Positions 9,315 through 20,302 of a DNA stretch of 64,000 bases are shown here, in pieces. The position numbers and the translations under genes are program-made. This DNA is from Candidatus Bathyarchaeota archaeon (GTDB lineage: Archaea; Thermoproteota; Bathyarchaeia; 40CM-2-53-6; RBG-13-38-9). The notes under the pieces were generated by a model that had not been told where the DNA came from, made no database searches, and saw only the letters and a program-made list of their open reading frames with translations. The stretch spans positions 128,001 to 192,000 of the forward strand of contig CAWECG010000004.1 in NCBI GenBank assembly GCA_963807605.1, written 5' to 3'. Position 1 is the stretch's first letter. Every line of letters starts with the position of its first letter.

Positions 9315-10346
9315 ATGATGCGAAGCTTCCCAATAGGCAAGATTCCTGCCCGTGATCTTCAGAGAATTGTCTTTGAGAACTTGGGCGTTTTTAGCAAAAG
9401 TCTACTGGTCGGACCTGGAATCGGTGAAGACGCGGCTGTGGTTAGAACGGGCGGGAATCTGATAGTCTTGTCCACAGATCCTATTACAGGTACGTCAGCC
9501 AACATTGGTTGGCTATCGGTTCACGTAAATGCAAATGACGTTGCAACGCGGGGCGCAAGGCCGGCTTGGTATCTGTGCTCCATCATGCTTCCCAAGAATA
9601 CAAAGGAGGCAGTCCTAAGAGAGATTATGAAGCAAACAGACCAAGCTTGTGTTGAACTTGGTGTGACAGTGGTGGGGGGCCACTCTGAAGTGACGCCGCT
9701 GCTGGAACAGCCAATAGTTGTAGGATTCATGATGGGGGAATGCAAAACAAGAGAGTACATCACTTCTGCAGGTGCGGTAGTAGGTGATGTATTGATACTT
9801 ACAAAAAGCGTTGGAATAGAGGGAACAGCTATAGTGGCTAGAGATTATGCAAGGTTATTGGAGAAGCACTTGCCCATACGGACGTTGAGGAAAGCCCAAC
9901 AGCTTTACAAGAGCATCAGTGTAGTTGAGGATGCTATGGTGGCCGTTGGCGTTGGAAACGTAGATGCCCTGCATGACCCTACTGAAGGCGGCCTCCTTTG
10001 CGGAGTCTGGGAACTTGGAGAAGCGTCCCACCTAGGAGTAAGAATATACACTGAGCAGATTCCAATATCTGGAGAGACTGACGCCGTATGTCGGAGTCTC
10101 AAGATCGACCCTTTAAGGATAATGAGTTCCGGCTCGCTTCTGATAGCTGCTAAACCATTTTCAGTGAAGAAGATAATATCTAGGCTTTCAAGGAGAGGGA
10201 TCGCTGCGACGCAAATAGGCAAATTCACTGAGTACGACCAAGGCAGAACGGTGATCGACCGCGATGGTAGCAGGACAGAATTGAGACCACCTTTCCCTGA
10301 AGAGGTTTACGAAGTGAAAGGAAGGCTGGAATCGTCGAACGAATAG
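9315..10346 (+). CDS. AIR synthase-related (HypE/ThiL-like) protein
   Basis: GPGIGEDAAV, STDPITG, NANDVATRGARP, GGHSE and HDPTEGGL motifs; start placed at ATG9315. Confidence 0.88.
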   Translation: MMRSFPIGKIPARDLQRIVFENLGVFSKSLLVGPGIGEDAAVVRTGGNLIVLSTDPITGTSANIGWLSVHVNANDVATRGARPAWYLCSIMLPKNTKEAVLREIMKQTDQACVELGVTVVGGHSEVTPLLEQPIVVGFMMGECKTREYITSAGAVVGDVLILTKSVGIEGTAIVARDYARLLEKHLPIRTLRKAQQLYKSISVVEDAMVAVGVGNVDALHDPTEGGLLCGVWELGEASHLGVRIYTEQIPISGETDAVCRSLKIDPLRIMSSGSLLIAAKPFSVKKIISRLSRRGIAATQIGKFTEYDQGRTVIDRDGSRTELRPPFPEEVYEVKGRLESSNE

Positions 10347-10359
10347 AGGGACTGACAAA

Positions 10360-10893
10360 TTGAATGTCCTTCGAAATAGATGGTTGATCCTTTCGCTTGG
10401 TTCCGGATTAATCACAACAGGGTTGGTCCTATACTATATCTGGAAGTATCCCCAACCATCGGTATACGGTGAACAATTCATTAAAGACGAGTTTTCACCT
10501 TTGCTGTTTGTGCAGTTTAAACCGATTACCTTGATCTTCATCTTCGGCTTTCTATTTTACGCCTCGCTGATTCAACATTTTGAGAAAAGAATAACTGCCG
10601 TAAGTCATGATGTTCGAATCTTCCTTTTCATGCTCTCTTTCCTGATAACAGTTGGCTCTATCTACGAATTATTCTTCAATTTCGCACTCTGGGGATCTCT
10701 GATGTCGATTACGGGAGTGGTTAATCCCGATATGCTAGTCAACAGATTTCCAAGTCCTAAGACTGCTGTCTCGCTAGTCTACGCCAGCAAAATCGTGATT
10801 CTCGTCTTTGCTGTTTCGTCGTACTCAATGTACTTTCTACATAGAATTGAGCGAGCTCCTGAAGCTCGATCGCGGACAAGTTCTGAACCCTGA
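10360..10893 (+). CDS. Multi-pass membrane protein of unknown function
   Basis: About four hydrophobic segments; follows the previous gene directly. Confidence 0.75.
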   Translation: MNVLRNRWLILSLGSGLITTGLVLYYIWKYPQPSVYGEQFIKDEFSPLLFVQFKPITLIFIFGFLFYASLIQHFEKRITAVSHDVRIFLFMLSFLITVGSIYELFFNFALWGSLMSITGVVNPDMLVNRFPSPKTAVSLVYASKIVILVFAVSSYSMYFLHRIERAPEARSRTSSEP

Positions 10894-11122
10894 CTTTGAC
10901 TGATGAACTATTCTCTTCAAAGGGCCAGAAGGAGAAGGTTCTAGACATGGGTCATGAATCTGTGTCCCGTCTGGCATCGTCTTAAATTAACGGCATGTCG
11001 AAATGGAGTGCGTTTTAAGGGGGAGTCGAATTAACGTTCAGATTGATACTTTCGTCGTTCTCTACTGTTTATATCCTTTAAAATGTACAAAGGCTAGCTA
11101 TTTGCGATTAGCCCCGATAAGG

Positions 11123-12379
11123 GTGAACGGTACGGTTGGAGCCACAAAAGCCAGAGACAACCTGATAAGACAGGTTCTACTCAGACCGACGGTTTTCAAA
11201 GATGAAGCACCACTTTCGCTAGAATATATTCCGGCAAAGCTCCCTCACAGGGAAGATAAACTAACCTTCCTAGCACATCTTTTCAGATCCCTCCTTGAGA
11301 AGCCCGGCTCTACAAGCCCGAGAGCCCTGATAACAGGTCCTGTAGGTACAGGAAAAACAGTAATCGCCCAAAAGTTTGGCCTAGACATAGTCAAAACTGC
11401 AAAGGAAAAAAGAATAGGTCTGCACTACGTCCATGTAAATTGTCGTGAGTGCAAAGGAAGCCTGTTCGCAGTCCTGAGGAAGGTAATGAATGAATTTGAA
11501 GGGCAGTTTCCAAAAAGAGGCTTCTCGTCAGAAGAACTATTACAAGCAATCATGCATATCATGGATAAAAGGGGCCTCTTCTTAATACTGGCTTTAGATG
11601 AGCTTGAGGCTTTACTTGAGGCTGATAAATCGGCCCTCTATACCCTTACAAGGGTGCAGGAAGACAGAGTCACATCACCTGCACGCCTCTCACTGATATG
11701 TATGCTTAGAGATCCCAGATACTTGGAAAGCCTTGACCGAAGCACTGTAAGTACACTCCAACAGAATTTCATCGAGCTAAGACCATACGCATCCAGCGAA
11801 CTTCTCACAATTCTCAAAGACAGGATTTCTCTAGCCTTCAAAGAAGGCTCAGTTCAAGACGGCACAGTGGAGATAGCGGCAGATGTAGCCTCATCGAGTG
11901 GAGATGCACGATACGCCATAGAGCTTCTCTGGAGGGCAGGTAAGTATGCTGACTCTGAAGAGAGTAAGGAAGTCAAACCTGAACATGTAAGAAAAGCCGC
12001 TGGAGCAGTCTACCCAACCCTAAGAAATGAATACTTAACCTCGCTCTCCCTCACTGAGAAATTGTTTCTCCTAGCGCTGTCAAGATTTCTAGAAGAGACC
12101 AACATGGCCTATGCGAGCATGGGCGACCTAGAGAACGCATACAAGATCGTCTGTGAAGAATACAATTCCCCGCCTAGGGCGCATACACAGCTTTGGAAGT
12201 ATATGCGACTCTTGAGCGCAACAGGCTTGATCTCGACCAAGCTTTCAGGAAAGGGCACCACAGGAAGGACCACACTAATAGGTTTAACATCCACACCTGC
12301 CTCTACAATGAAGAAATGCATCGAATCTGCTCTGGAAGCGCTCTCAGAAAATGCCAAAAGAGAAAAACTTCGAGCTTGA
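11123..12379 (+). CDS. cdc6: Orc1/Cdc6-family AAA+ ATPase
   Basis: LSLEYIPAKLPHRE, GPVGTGKT, HVNC, LALDELE and GDARYAIELL motifs plus C-terminal winged helix; start uncertain (GTG11123). Confidence 0.92.
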   Translation: MNGTVGATKARDNLIRQVLLRPTVFKDEAPLSLEYIPAKLPHREDKLTFLAHLFRSLLEKPGSTSPRALITGPVGTGKTVIAQKFGLDIVKTAKEKRIGLHYVHVNCRECKGSLFAVLRKVMNEFEGQFPKRGFSSEELLQAIMHIMDKRGLFLILALDELEALLEADKSALYTLTRVQEDRVTSPARLSLICMLRDPRYLESLDRSTVSTLQQNFIELRPYASSELLTILKDRISLAFKEGSVQDGTVEIAADVASSSGDARYAIELLWRAGKYADSEESKEVKPEHVRKAAGAVYPTLRNEYLTSLSLTEKLFLLALSRFLEETNMAYASMGDLENAYKIVCEEYNSPPRAHTQLWKYMRLLSATGLISTKLSGKGTTGRTTLIGLTSTPASTMKKCIESALEALSENAKREKLRA

Positions 12380-12653
12380 CGAGATCCTGTCCTGTCGAGG
12401 GAAGACTCGTATATTGATGTTGCTCTCGGAGACGGGCGAGTTGAATATCACAGAGATAGCGAAGAGCGTAGGTCTTAATCATTCAAGCATAACCAATCAT
12501 CTCAAACAACTTGCAGAGACCGGGCTTGTTGAAGAGAAGAGATTTGGCAGAATCAGAATCTATAAGTACCGAGATGATGACCCAAGAGCTCAAGCACTAA
12601 GAGCGCTAATCAAAGTCTGGGACGACGTGAGCAACCAGAAATTCAGGGATTAA
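12351..12653 (+). CDS. ArsR-like winged-helix DNA-binding protein
   Basis: RILMLL..GELNITEIAKSVGLNHS..HLKQL..GLVEEKRFGRIRIY. Confidence 0.85.
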   Translation: MPKEKNFELDEILSCRGKTRILMLLSETGELNITEIAKSVGLNHSSITNHLKQLAETGLVEEKRFGRIRIYKYRDDDPRAQALRALIKVWDDVSNQKFRD

Positions 12654-12656
12654 GCG

Positions 12657-13112
12657 ATGCAACAAACAAGCAGATTCAAGATGGTCGACATATCCACTAA
12701 GGATACAGTTACTAGGGAAGCAGTCGCAGTTGGCAGGCTAAAGCTAAGATCGGAAACCGCAAAGAAACTCAAAGAGGGAAAGATTGAGAAGGGCGACCCG
12801 ATCGCCGTAGCGGAAGTGGCGGCCACACTAGCGGCAAAGAATACAAGCCAACTAATACCTCTTTGTCACAACATCCCCATATCGAGGGTAGAGACATCTG
12901 CGTCCGTTGGCGAGGACTACATAGATGTGGAGGTACGTGTCAAGGCCACCGCCAGGACAGGAGTGGAAATGGAGGCTCTCGTTGCAGCCTCGCTATACCT
13001 ACTGAACGTCTGGGATATGGTCAAGAAAGTTGAAAAGGACGAATATGGCCAGTACCCGGAAACCTGGATTGAGTACATTAGAGTAAAAGAGAAACTGAAG
13101 GCCCCGAAGTAA
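12657..13112 (+). CDS. moaC: Cyclic pyranopterin monophosphate synthase
   Basis: MVDISTK, KNTSQLIPLCH, TGVEMEAL and WDMVK motifs. Confidence 0.96.
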   Translation: MQQTSRFKMVDISTKDTVTREAVAVGRLKLRSETAKKLKEGKIEKGDPIAVAEVAATLAAKNTSQLIPLCHNIPISRVETSASVGEDYIDVEVRVKATARTGVEMEALVAASLYLLNVWDMVKKVEKDEYGQYPETWIEYIRVKEKLKAPK

Positions 13113-13645
13113 TGAGTAAGACCTCCGAACTTCACAAAGCAGGAGCCAACCCCGGGAAGGGGATTTTCATAATAACCTGCAGCACCTCAAGGTACAATCT
13201 CTTAGAGTCCGGAGCGGAGCCCGAGGATCCCTCAGGTGACTTGATTGAAAGCAAAATGAAAGAGCACGGTCACACTGTATGCGGAAGAAAGCTACTGCCA
13301 GATGATCAAACGATTCTCTCCTCAGTCCTCTCAGACGCTCTTCGAAATCCCGACATCGACTCTATAATAGTGACTGGAGGAACGGGCATCTCTCCGGATG
13401 ATGTTACTGTGGAAGTTGCTGAGAGAATGTTTGACAAGAAACTCCCAGGCTTCGGCGAAATTCTCAGGAGGATAAGCTACGATGAGATAGGTTCTTCAGT
13501 GGTCTTGACTAGGGCAACCGCAGGAATAGTGTCGAAGAAACCAATATTCTGCATCCCCGGTTCGCCAGACGCGGTCAAGAGATCACTTGACAAACTGATT
13601 CTACCAGAACTCCCCCACATACTCAAGCACGCTCAAGGGCGTTAA
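13112..13645 (+). CDS. moaB: MoaB/MogA molybdopterin adenylyltransferase
   Basis: DPSGDLI, TGGTGISPDDVT, LPGFGE and CIPGSP motifs. Confidence 0.93.
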   Translation: MSKTSELHKAGANPGKGIFIITCSTSRYNLLESGAEPEDPSGDLIESKMKEHGHTVCGRKLLPDDQTILSSVLSDALRNPDIDSIIVTGGTGISPDDVTVEVAERMFDKKLPGFGEILRRISYDEIGSSVVLTRATAGIVSKKPIFCIPGSPDAVKRSLDKLILPELPHILKHAQGR

Positions 13646-13652
13646 GAGAAGC

Positions 13653-14588
13653 TTGACTACTGACAGGTACGGTCGACCCCTCATCAATCTGCGAATATCC
13701 TTGACACAGAAATGTGACCTAGAGTGTTTCTATTGTCATAGGGAAGGTCAGGAACATTCGCACGTTGAGATGACTCCTGAGGAGATTTTCAGAATAACGA
13801 AGGTTGGAACTAATTTTGGGATAAGAAAGATCAAGCTTACGGGGGGAGAACCACTTACCCGAGGAGATCTTGGAGAGATCATTCGTCTCCTTGCAACTCT
13901 GTCAAGTATACAGGAGATCTCCCTCGTCACCAACGCTCGGCAACTCACATTCGAGCGGGCGCTGGAGTTGAAGCGTTCAGGACTCAATAGAGTCAACATC
14001 AACCTTCCCTCGATAAACGAGAAGACATACAAGAAGATAGTTGGCAAGGATCTGGACACAGCCTTGGCAGGAGTCAAATCCGCGGTCCAAGCACAACTTA
14101 ACCCTGTCAAAATAAACATGGTTGTGCTCAGAGGACTGAACTCAGATGACATCCAATCCATGATGAATTTCACAGAGGATATCGGCGCCGTGCTTCAGCT
14201 GATAGAGCTTGAGCCGATAAAGAAGGCTGAGAGCTTCTACCGGCAATACCATTATTCACTTGACGAGTTTGAACGGGAAATATCCTCTAAGGCGAGTCAG
14301 ATCAGAGTGAGGCACTCTATGCAGAAAAGAAAGGTCTACACACTTGGCAAGCTAGACGTAGAGATTGTAAAGCCCGTGGAGAATACGGACTTCTGTATGC
14401 ACTGCACAAAGCTGAGGCTGACAAGCGATGGTAAGTTGAAACCTTGCCTCATGACTCAGGACAATCTGCTAGATATTCTGATCCCACTTAGGAACGGAGA
14501 GGATCCCACGGTGCTGCATCGGATCTTCAGTGACGCGATAACCGGTCGCAAACCATACTACCCAACTGTTCGACTTGGTCCCACATAA
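13653..14588 (+). CDS. moaA: GTP 3',8-cyclase (radical SAM)
   Basis: DRYGRP, CDLECFYCH, TGGEP and FCMHCTKLRLTSDGKLKPCL motifs. Confidence 0.96.
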   Translation: MTTDRYGRPLINLRISLTQKCDLECFYCHREGQEHSHVEMTPEEIFRITKVGTNFGIRKIKLTGGEPLTRGDLGEIIRLLATLSSIQEISLVTNARQLTFERALELKRSGLNRVNINLPSINEKTYKKIVGKDLDTALAGVKSAVQAQLNPVKINMVVLRGLNSDDIQSMMNFTEDIGAVLQLIELEPIKKAESFYRQYHYSLDEFEREISSKASQIRVRHSMQKRKVYTLGKLDVEIVKPVENTDFCMHCTKLRLTSDGKLKPCLMTQDNLLDILIPLRNGEDPTVLHRIFSDAITGRKPYYPTVRLGPT

Positions 14589-14647
14589 TCCGAGAGGGAA
14601 GAGACTCTGAGACCTCTTGGAGCCATGCACATGAACCTATCTTCAGG

Positions 14648-16390
14648 CTAGTTATGTGCGTAGTAGATCCTTACTGATTCATCCTTAATCTCGTCTATTC
14701 GCCCAAACCCAAATCTGACAAGTTGGACCATTCTATCCGGTTTCTCTTCAGCCAGCAAGGGTTCACATAATCCAGATATTGTCATCGCATCCGGCATCAA
14801 AACCTCCAACTTAATGTTACCTTCTAGAGGTAGCCAATGGATGAGTGGAGCACCCGTCCTTCGGGCCTCAAGGTAGTCTGTGCTGTGTAATGTAGCCCAA
14901 ACGGTCTTCCCATCTGACCTGACGTACTCGACATTGAAGAGCTCCATAAGTCTGACAAAGCCTCTCTTCAAGGTCTCCAAGTCACTCCTCGAAACAAGCA
15001 ATCTCGCCGTATGGTCATTGCACTTGACATTGAGGGTACGGTGTCCCTTAGATCGATCGTTTGGGTTCACCAGTGGCTTGGAGACATAGTCTTCATTCAA
15101 ACCCTCTACAACCAGTTCTAATGGCTCGTGAATGAAGAAGTATCTGTTAGCTATAGGATCGATGATTTTTCTGTTGATTGCATATATGTTCTCCCAACTT
15201 AGTGTTGCATCAACTGGTCGGGGGCCTATCTCCAAAGCGATCCTGCGTAATGTCTGTGGAGTGATGCCTCTTCTCCTCAAGGCTATTAGTGTGGCCAGTC
15301 TCGGATCATCCAGGCTCTTGACTAAGCCGTCAGAGAGCATCTGCATTATCTTGGATTTACTGAGGGTGGTTCCCTCGACCTTGAGTCTCCCATAATGGAT
15401 TGTTTCGGGATAAATCCATGCGAAATGCTTGTACATGTAGATTTGCCTAGTCTCATTTGTAAGATGCTCTTTTCCTCTTATGATGTGTGTTATGCCCATC
15501 AGGTGATCGTCTATGCCTGTTGAGAAGTTGTAGAGCGGCCACACTTTGTACTTAGAACCAACTCTTGGGTGTGGGTTCTTTTCCGTGTCAATTATTCTAA
15601 GGGCAGGCCAGTCCCTTACAGCTGGGTTTGGATGAGAGAGTTCTGTCTTTACCCTCACTACAGCCTCTCCTTCACGAAGGTCACCATTCAGCATTCCTCG
15701 CCATCTCTCCGCCTGCTCTGCCTTGGGGAGATCCCTGCAACCGCAGGCCTTCATAGCGAGTACGTTTTCCCTGAAGGACTCAGGCTTACATGTACAGACG
15801 TAAGCCCCTCCGATCTGAAGGAGCTTTGTTGCATGTTCATAATAGATGGGTATCCGGTCGCTCTGAATAAACTCCGAATCCCATCCGCAGCCCAGCCAGG
15901 AGAGGTCCTTCCTTATCATGTCATAAAACTCGAGTGCAGATTTCTTCAATCGTGGATCCGTGTCTTCGAATCTAAGGAGGAACTTCCCCTCATACATTCT
16001 GGCATAGTCGTGGGACAGAATTACCGCTCGAATCGAGCCCAGATGGAGGGCACAGTCAGGGTTTGGTGAGAATCTTGTAACAACTTCTTTGTATTTCTCG
16101 ACGTTGGCCAAAGGAGGAAGGGTTTTTGGCCTTTCAGCCTTGGCTAACTCATGCGCCTCAGGCCAGCTTTTTGCCAATATGGCTTTCTGCTTCGCAAGAG
16201 TAAGAGTGTTTATCTCCTTAACAATCTCGGAGACGAGTTTGGCAACCTCTTTAGCATCCTTTCGAAGCTCGGCTCTCTCTCCGAGGACCTTGCCAACAAC
16301 TGGTCCAACATCAGCATTGCCGTCATGCGCAATCGCGTTGAGGAGTGAGTACCGCCTAATGATCCCTCTTAGCTCCTCGGATTCCCACAA
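14648..16390 (-). CDS. gltX: Glutamate--tRNA ligase
   Basis: RFSPNP..HLG, RFEDTDP, THIIRGKEH, LSKSK and QLVRFGF motifs; start placed at TTG16390. Confidence 0.96.
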   Translation of the reverse strand: MWESEELRGIIRRYSLLNAIAHDGNADVGPVVGKVLGERAELRKDAKEVAKLVSEIVKEINTLTLAKQKAILAKSWPEAHELAKAERPKTLPPLANVEKYKEVVTRFSPNPDCALHLGSIRAVILSHDYARMYEGKFLLRFEDTDPRLKKSALEFYDMIRKDLSWLGCGWDSEFIQSDRIPIYYEHATKLLQIGGAYVCTCKPESFRENVLAMKACGCRDLPKAEQAERWRGMLNGDLREGEAVVRVKTELSHPNPAVRDWPALRIIDTEKNPHPRVGSKYKVWPLYNFSTGIDDHLMGITHIIRGKEHLTNETRQIYMYKHFAWIYPETIHYGRLKVEGTTLSKSKIMQMLSDGLVKSLDDPRLATLIALRRRGITPQTLRRIALEIGPRPVDATLSWENIYAINRKIIDPIANRYFFIHEPLELVVEGLNEDYVSKPLVNPNDRSKGHRTLNVKCNDHTARLLVSRSDLETLKRGFVRLMELFNVEYVRSDGKTVWATLHSTDYLEARRTGAPLIHWLPLEGNIKLEVLMPDAMTISGLCEPLLAEEKPDRMVQLVRFGFGRIDEIKDESVRIYYAHN

Positions 16391-16672
16391 AACAACCACT
16401 ACAATTGCCCGGTTGGCAGATTGTGAACTGAATAACATCAGAACCCGATTTAAATAATCATCGAATTTCCAATTACCGAGCTTCAGCAACTTACATGGAA
16501 GCTACATTTGTCGATGATGTTCTTTTATTTGCCAAGCTAAGTAATTTATGAGACGCCTATAAGCACCCTTAAAGCGCTAGGGTTGTAGACCGATCTCTTA
16601 TTACATTAGCGTATGAATTCTGCTCGTGCCCTTGAAGGCGCGCGCGTAATCTCAGTATGCGCTATGGTCAAT

Positions 16673-17935
16673 CTATGTGCCTGACTTCCAGCTCTTCAGG
16701 TACTTGGCCTGTTCCTCAGTTAACGTGTCTATAATCATTCCCATGCTCTCAAGAGCCATGTGAGCAACTTTCCTATCGATTTCTTCAGGAACCCTGTGAA
16801 CTATCTTCCCAAGAGAACGTCCACTTTTTGCGATGTACTCTGCACAGAGCGCTTGGTTTGCGAATGACATCATCATGACCTCACACGGATGACCTTCCGC
16901 TGCGCCAAGATTGACCAACCTACCTTCGGCAAGAAGGTACAGCTTCTTTCCCTCTTTCAGCGTATATTCTTCAACGTTAGGTCTAACTGTCCTTTTGGAT
17001 CTCGACATTGACTCCAGTTCGTCAACTTTGACCTCAATGTTGAAGTGACCTGAGTTAGCCAGGATTGCGCCGTCCTTCATCTTCTCCATCTCTTTTCTTG
17101 TGATCACGCCAACATCGCCTGTAGCTGTAACAAATATATCTCCAATCTCGGACGCTTCCAGAATCGGCATGACACGGAAACCATCCATCGCTGCCTCAAG
17201 CGCTCTCAGCGGGTCAACCTCTGTGACGATAACGTTTGATCCCATTCCTTTGGCTCTTGTCGCTATCCCCCTGCCGCACCAGCCGTAGCCGCACACAACG
17301 AAGTTCTTCCCTGCAAGAAGTAACGAGGTTGCCCTCAGGATGCCATCTATTGTACTCTGTCCGGTTCCATACCTGTTGTCGAATAGATACTTTGAGTAGG
17401 CATCATTAACCGCTATTATCGGATAATTCAATGCGGCAGAATTTGCCATAGCCCTAAGCCTGATTACTCCGCTGGTCGTCTCCTCTGTCCCAGCTATCAC
17501 GTTCTCGCCAAGCTGAGGAAACTTGGTGTGAAGGAGACTAACTAGGTCCGCTCCATCGTCCAAGGTTATGTCGACATCATGTTCGGCTACCTTTTCAAGA
17601 CACCAGTAGTATTCCTCATTGTTCTCCCCGCGCCAGGCGTAGGTGTGTACTCCTTCTCTGGCCAGTGCGGCAGCAATATCATCCTGGGTGGAGAGTGGGT
17701 TCGACCCACAAAGTGCGACCTCTGCTCCTCCAGAGATCAGGGTACGTACAAGGACTGCAGTCTCCTTGGTCACATGCAAACATGCGCCTAATTTCAGATT
17801 TTTTAGCGGTTTTCTCTTCTTAAAGTCCTCTCTTATAGTCATCAGAACGGGCATGTGTGCTTCTGCCCAGTCAATGGACTTTAGTCCTTCCTCAGACAGT
17901 GTCTCGTCCTTAACCTTGTATTTCATCAAGATCAT
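16673..17935 (-). CDS. ahcY: Adenosylhomocysteinase
   Basis: [34 protein letters not shown] and [13 protein letters not shown] motifs. Confidence 0.97.
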   Translation of the reverse strand: MILMKYKVKDETLSEEGLKSIDWAEAHMPVLMTIREDFKKRKPLKNLKLGACLHVTKETAVLVRTLISGGAEVALCGSNPLSTQDDIAAALAREGVHTYAWRGENNEEYYWCLEKVAEHDVDITLDDGADLVSLLHTKFPQLGENVIAGTEETTSGVIRLRAMANSAALNYPIIAVNDAYSKYLFDNRYGTGQSTIDGILRATSLLLAGKNFVVCGYGWCGRGIATRAKGMGSNVIVTEVDPLRALEAAMDGFRVMPILEASEIGDIFVTATGDVGVITRKEMEKMKDGAILANSGHFNIEVKVDELESMSRSKRTVRPNVEEYTLKEGKKLYLLAEGRLVNLGAAEGHPCEVMMMSFANQALCAEYIAKSGRSLGKIVHRVPEEIDRKVAHMALESMGMIIDTLTEEQAKYLKSWKSGT

Positions 17936-17944
17936 TACCTCTAT

Positions 17945-19078
17945 TCAACTGGGTTTTGTCTCAAGATAAAACTCGATTTTGTTTGGGTCAAACTCCTCGT
18001 CGTTTAGAACATTGATTATGAAGTTGAAGATCTTTCTTCTCCTGGCGGTCTCTAGTTTCGGATAGTAAAGTGGATGAGCAACAACTGCACCTCTGAATGC
18101 ATAAAAAGGGGCCATCACCTTAAGGATCTCCCAATCTTCTGTCCTCTCCAGATATTGATTCAAAAAAATATCGAAGAGCTCCTTAAATGGCGGAACCAAT
18201 TCTCCGTGTTTCCACACACTGAAGAAGAGATAGTTGATGCTAATACTGGTAAGATCATCTGCCGGTTCACCATACTCCTCCCTCGCGAGATCAAGAGCCA
18301 ACAACGAGTTGTCTTCCTTGAATCTTACATTTCCAAAGGGATGTATGTCCCCGTGAATGCGGCTGCATCTGTGAGATAAATATTTGATTCTATTCCTCCA
18401 GTGGACAGCTTCGGTTTCTATTCTCTCAAGCTCTTTAGCTGAGGTGAAATCCAAAGTTTCAGGATGGGGATAGGTATCTATTACCCCCATCAGCATTTCA
18501 CCGTGACCTATCAAGTCGCGGACGTGCCGCATGTACAATTTTGGATCAGGCTTCTTGACTGAGTGCAAGTTCGCCAAGTAATCCGCTATAGCTCTGACAC
18601 GAATCTTATCATTATCCAACAGACTTCCTCTATCAGAGACTTTGAACAGATCATTTGAGTATGAGATCCATTCCGCATCCTGTACTTCCTCGACAAAATG
18701 GAAGAACTCAATCGAATCGCCGAGCGATGTGATTGACCCACTTGATGTCAAAGCAGCTACATCAAGCGATTTTGAGCATGTCCCCGGAGGAGCCATTTCA
18801 AACAACTTGTGCTGGAGCAAAAGAACGCCGCCACGATCTCCTAAGTAATCATGCCCCCAACCAGTATCCCCCCGAACGACTCTCATAACGAGCCTCTCAG
18901 TACCGGTATCCGTAGACAGGACGATTAGAAAGCCGGCATTATGGAACCCCTCACCCAACTTCTTTGAAGATACTAGCTTCACGGGGCGCTTCAGCAACCG
19001 GCCAAAATAAGCCTCCAGACTCTCAGGTGTAACCTCGTAAGTGACCGAGCCAACGGGAAAGCTCAAACTCATCAGCAA
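17945..19078 (-). CDS. Aminoglycoside-phosphotransferase-like kinase
   Basis: LGEGFH Gly-rich loop, HGDIHPFGN catalytic loop and LD...GEPADD. Confidence 0.8.
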   Translation of the reverse strand: MLMSLSFPVGSVTYEVTPESLEAYFGRLLKRPVKLVSSKKLGEGFHNAGFLIVLSTDTGTERLVMRVVRGDTGWGHDYLGDRGGVLLLQHKLFEMAPPGTCSKSLDVAALTSSGSITSLGDSIEFFHFVEEVQDAEWISYSNDLFKVSDRGSLLDNDKIRVRAIADYLANLHSVKKPDPKLYMRHVRDLIGHGEMLMGVIDTYPHPETLDFTSAKELERIETEAVHWRNRIKYLSHRCSRIHGDIHPFGNVRFKEDNSLLALDLAREEYGEPADDLTSISINYLFFSVWKHGELVPPFKELFDIFLNQYLERTEDWEILKVMAPFYAFRGAVVAHPLYYPKLETARRRKIFNFIINVLNDEEFDPNKIEFYLETKPS

Positions 19079-19214
19079 CTACGCCTCAATTCTTTCTGAA
19101 ACCAAGACTCTATCGCATGATCGGAATTGATAACCCTAATCGGCTGATCTCTAAGACCCATATTACTTAGGCTCCTCTTATTAGGGCCTTCAACAGCATG
19201 CTGAAATGGTCTAA

Positions 19215-19787
19215 TTGGAACGCCCCAAGACTAAGGGTTGGGCAATCTGGATCACTGGATTGCCCGGCAGCGGAAAATCTACTGTGGCTCATCTATTGAA
19301 GAACACTCTATCTGAGAAAGGCATTATGACGCAAATGCTTTCCTCAGATGCCGTCCGAAAAGCACTGACGCCCACCTCGACTTACACCGAAGAAGAAAGG
19401 GAGTTAGTGTACCGCGCGATCACCCTCCTAGCTAAGATACTGACCGAAAATGGACTTGGCGTCGTAATCGATGCGACCGGGAACAGGAGAAGGTATAGAG
19501 ACAGCTGCAGAGAGCAGGTGCCTCTATTCTTCGAGGTCTACCTTAAGTGCCCATTAAATGTGTGCATCGAAAGAGAGCAGTCCAGGAAAGAGACCTACCT
19601 GGCTCCCAGAGATATCTATCGAAAAGCCAAGACTGGTGAGAGCAAGACAGTCCCGGGAGTAGGTGCTCCATACGAAGATCCTGAAAAACCCGAGATAACC
19701 GTCAATGCCGAGAAACAGTCTCCAGAAGAGATAGTTCACGTAATAACAAGCAAACTATTAGAACGGCTTGGGGCTCCTCGCCAATGA
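19215..19787 (+). CDS. Adenylyl-sulfate kinase-like P-loop kinase
   Basis: IWITGLPGSGKST, EVYLKCPLNVCIER and PGVGAPYEDPEKPE motifs. Confidence 0.85.
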   Translation: MERPKTKGWAIWITGLPGSGKSTVAHLLKNTLSEKGIMTQMLSSDAVRKALTPTSTYTEEERELVYRAITLLAKILTENGLGVVIDATGNRRRYRDSCREQVPLFFEVYLKCPLNVCIEREQSRKETYLAPRDIYRKAKTGESKTVPGVGAPYEDPEKPEITVNAEKQSPEEIVHVITSKLLERLGAPRQ

Positions 19788-19909
19788 ATCGACATATTCA
19801 GTTCGTTCCATAGGCACTGAGTTACAGTGACTTCCTGAAAACATTAAAGGCAGTTCAACAGTAAGTTTTCGCCTCAAGCAGCACTTGCACATGTAGGAGA
19901 TACGCGTCG

Positions 19910-20302
19910 ATGTCTGTAGAGAAACCGTTCACAGTAAAGTCGTATTATGATTTCCTGAGAGAGAAAAAACTGATGGGTAATCTATGCGAGGACTGCAAAA
20001 CTTTCATGGTTCCTCCGAGGATAACCTGTATGAAGTGTAGAGGAAAAAGACTCAGGTGGACTCAGTTTAGTGGAAAGGGATCGCTTGAAAGTTTCACTGT
20101 TGTCCACGTGGCTCCAACCTTCCTAAAGGACAAAGTTCCTTACGCAGTAGGTATAGTCAGACTGGAGGAAGGCCCCATGCTAACGGCCAGATTGGTGGGT
20201 GTTGACGTGTTGAAGCTTGAAACGATAAAGATGGGGATGGCGATGGTGGCTGATTACGTGGAGGAGGATGGAAAGCCTCTTCTCGTATTCAAACCGTTGT
20301 GA
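19910..20302 (+). CDS. DUF35 zinc-ribbon/OB-fold protein (thiolase partner family)
   Basis: CEDC..PPR..CMKC, GSLESFTVVH and PYAVGIVRLEEG motifs. Confidence 0.9.
   Translation: MSVEKPFTVKSYYDFLREKKLMGNLCEDCKTFMVPPRITCMKCRGKRLRWTQFSGKGSLESFTVVHVAPTFLKDKVPYAVGIVRLEEGPMLTARLVGVDVLKLETIKMGMAMVADYVEEDGKPLLVFKPL

Noticed and set aside
10899-10960. C/D box sRNA suggested by TGATGA
   Set aside because: No well-placed CTGA D or D' boxes, and the guide spacing is atypical.
10894-11122. Replication origin next to cdc6
   Set aside because: No repeated ORB or mini-ORB consensus was recognised; only one G-run and a TATA-like tract.
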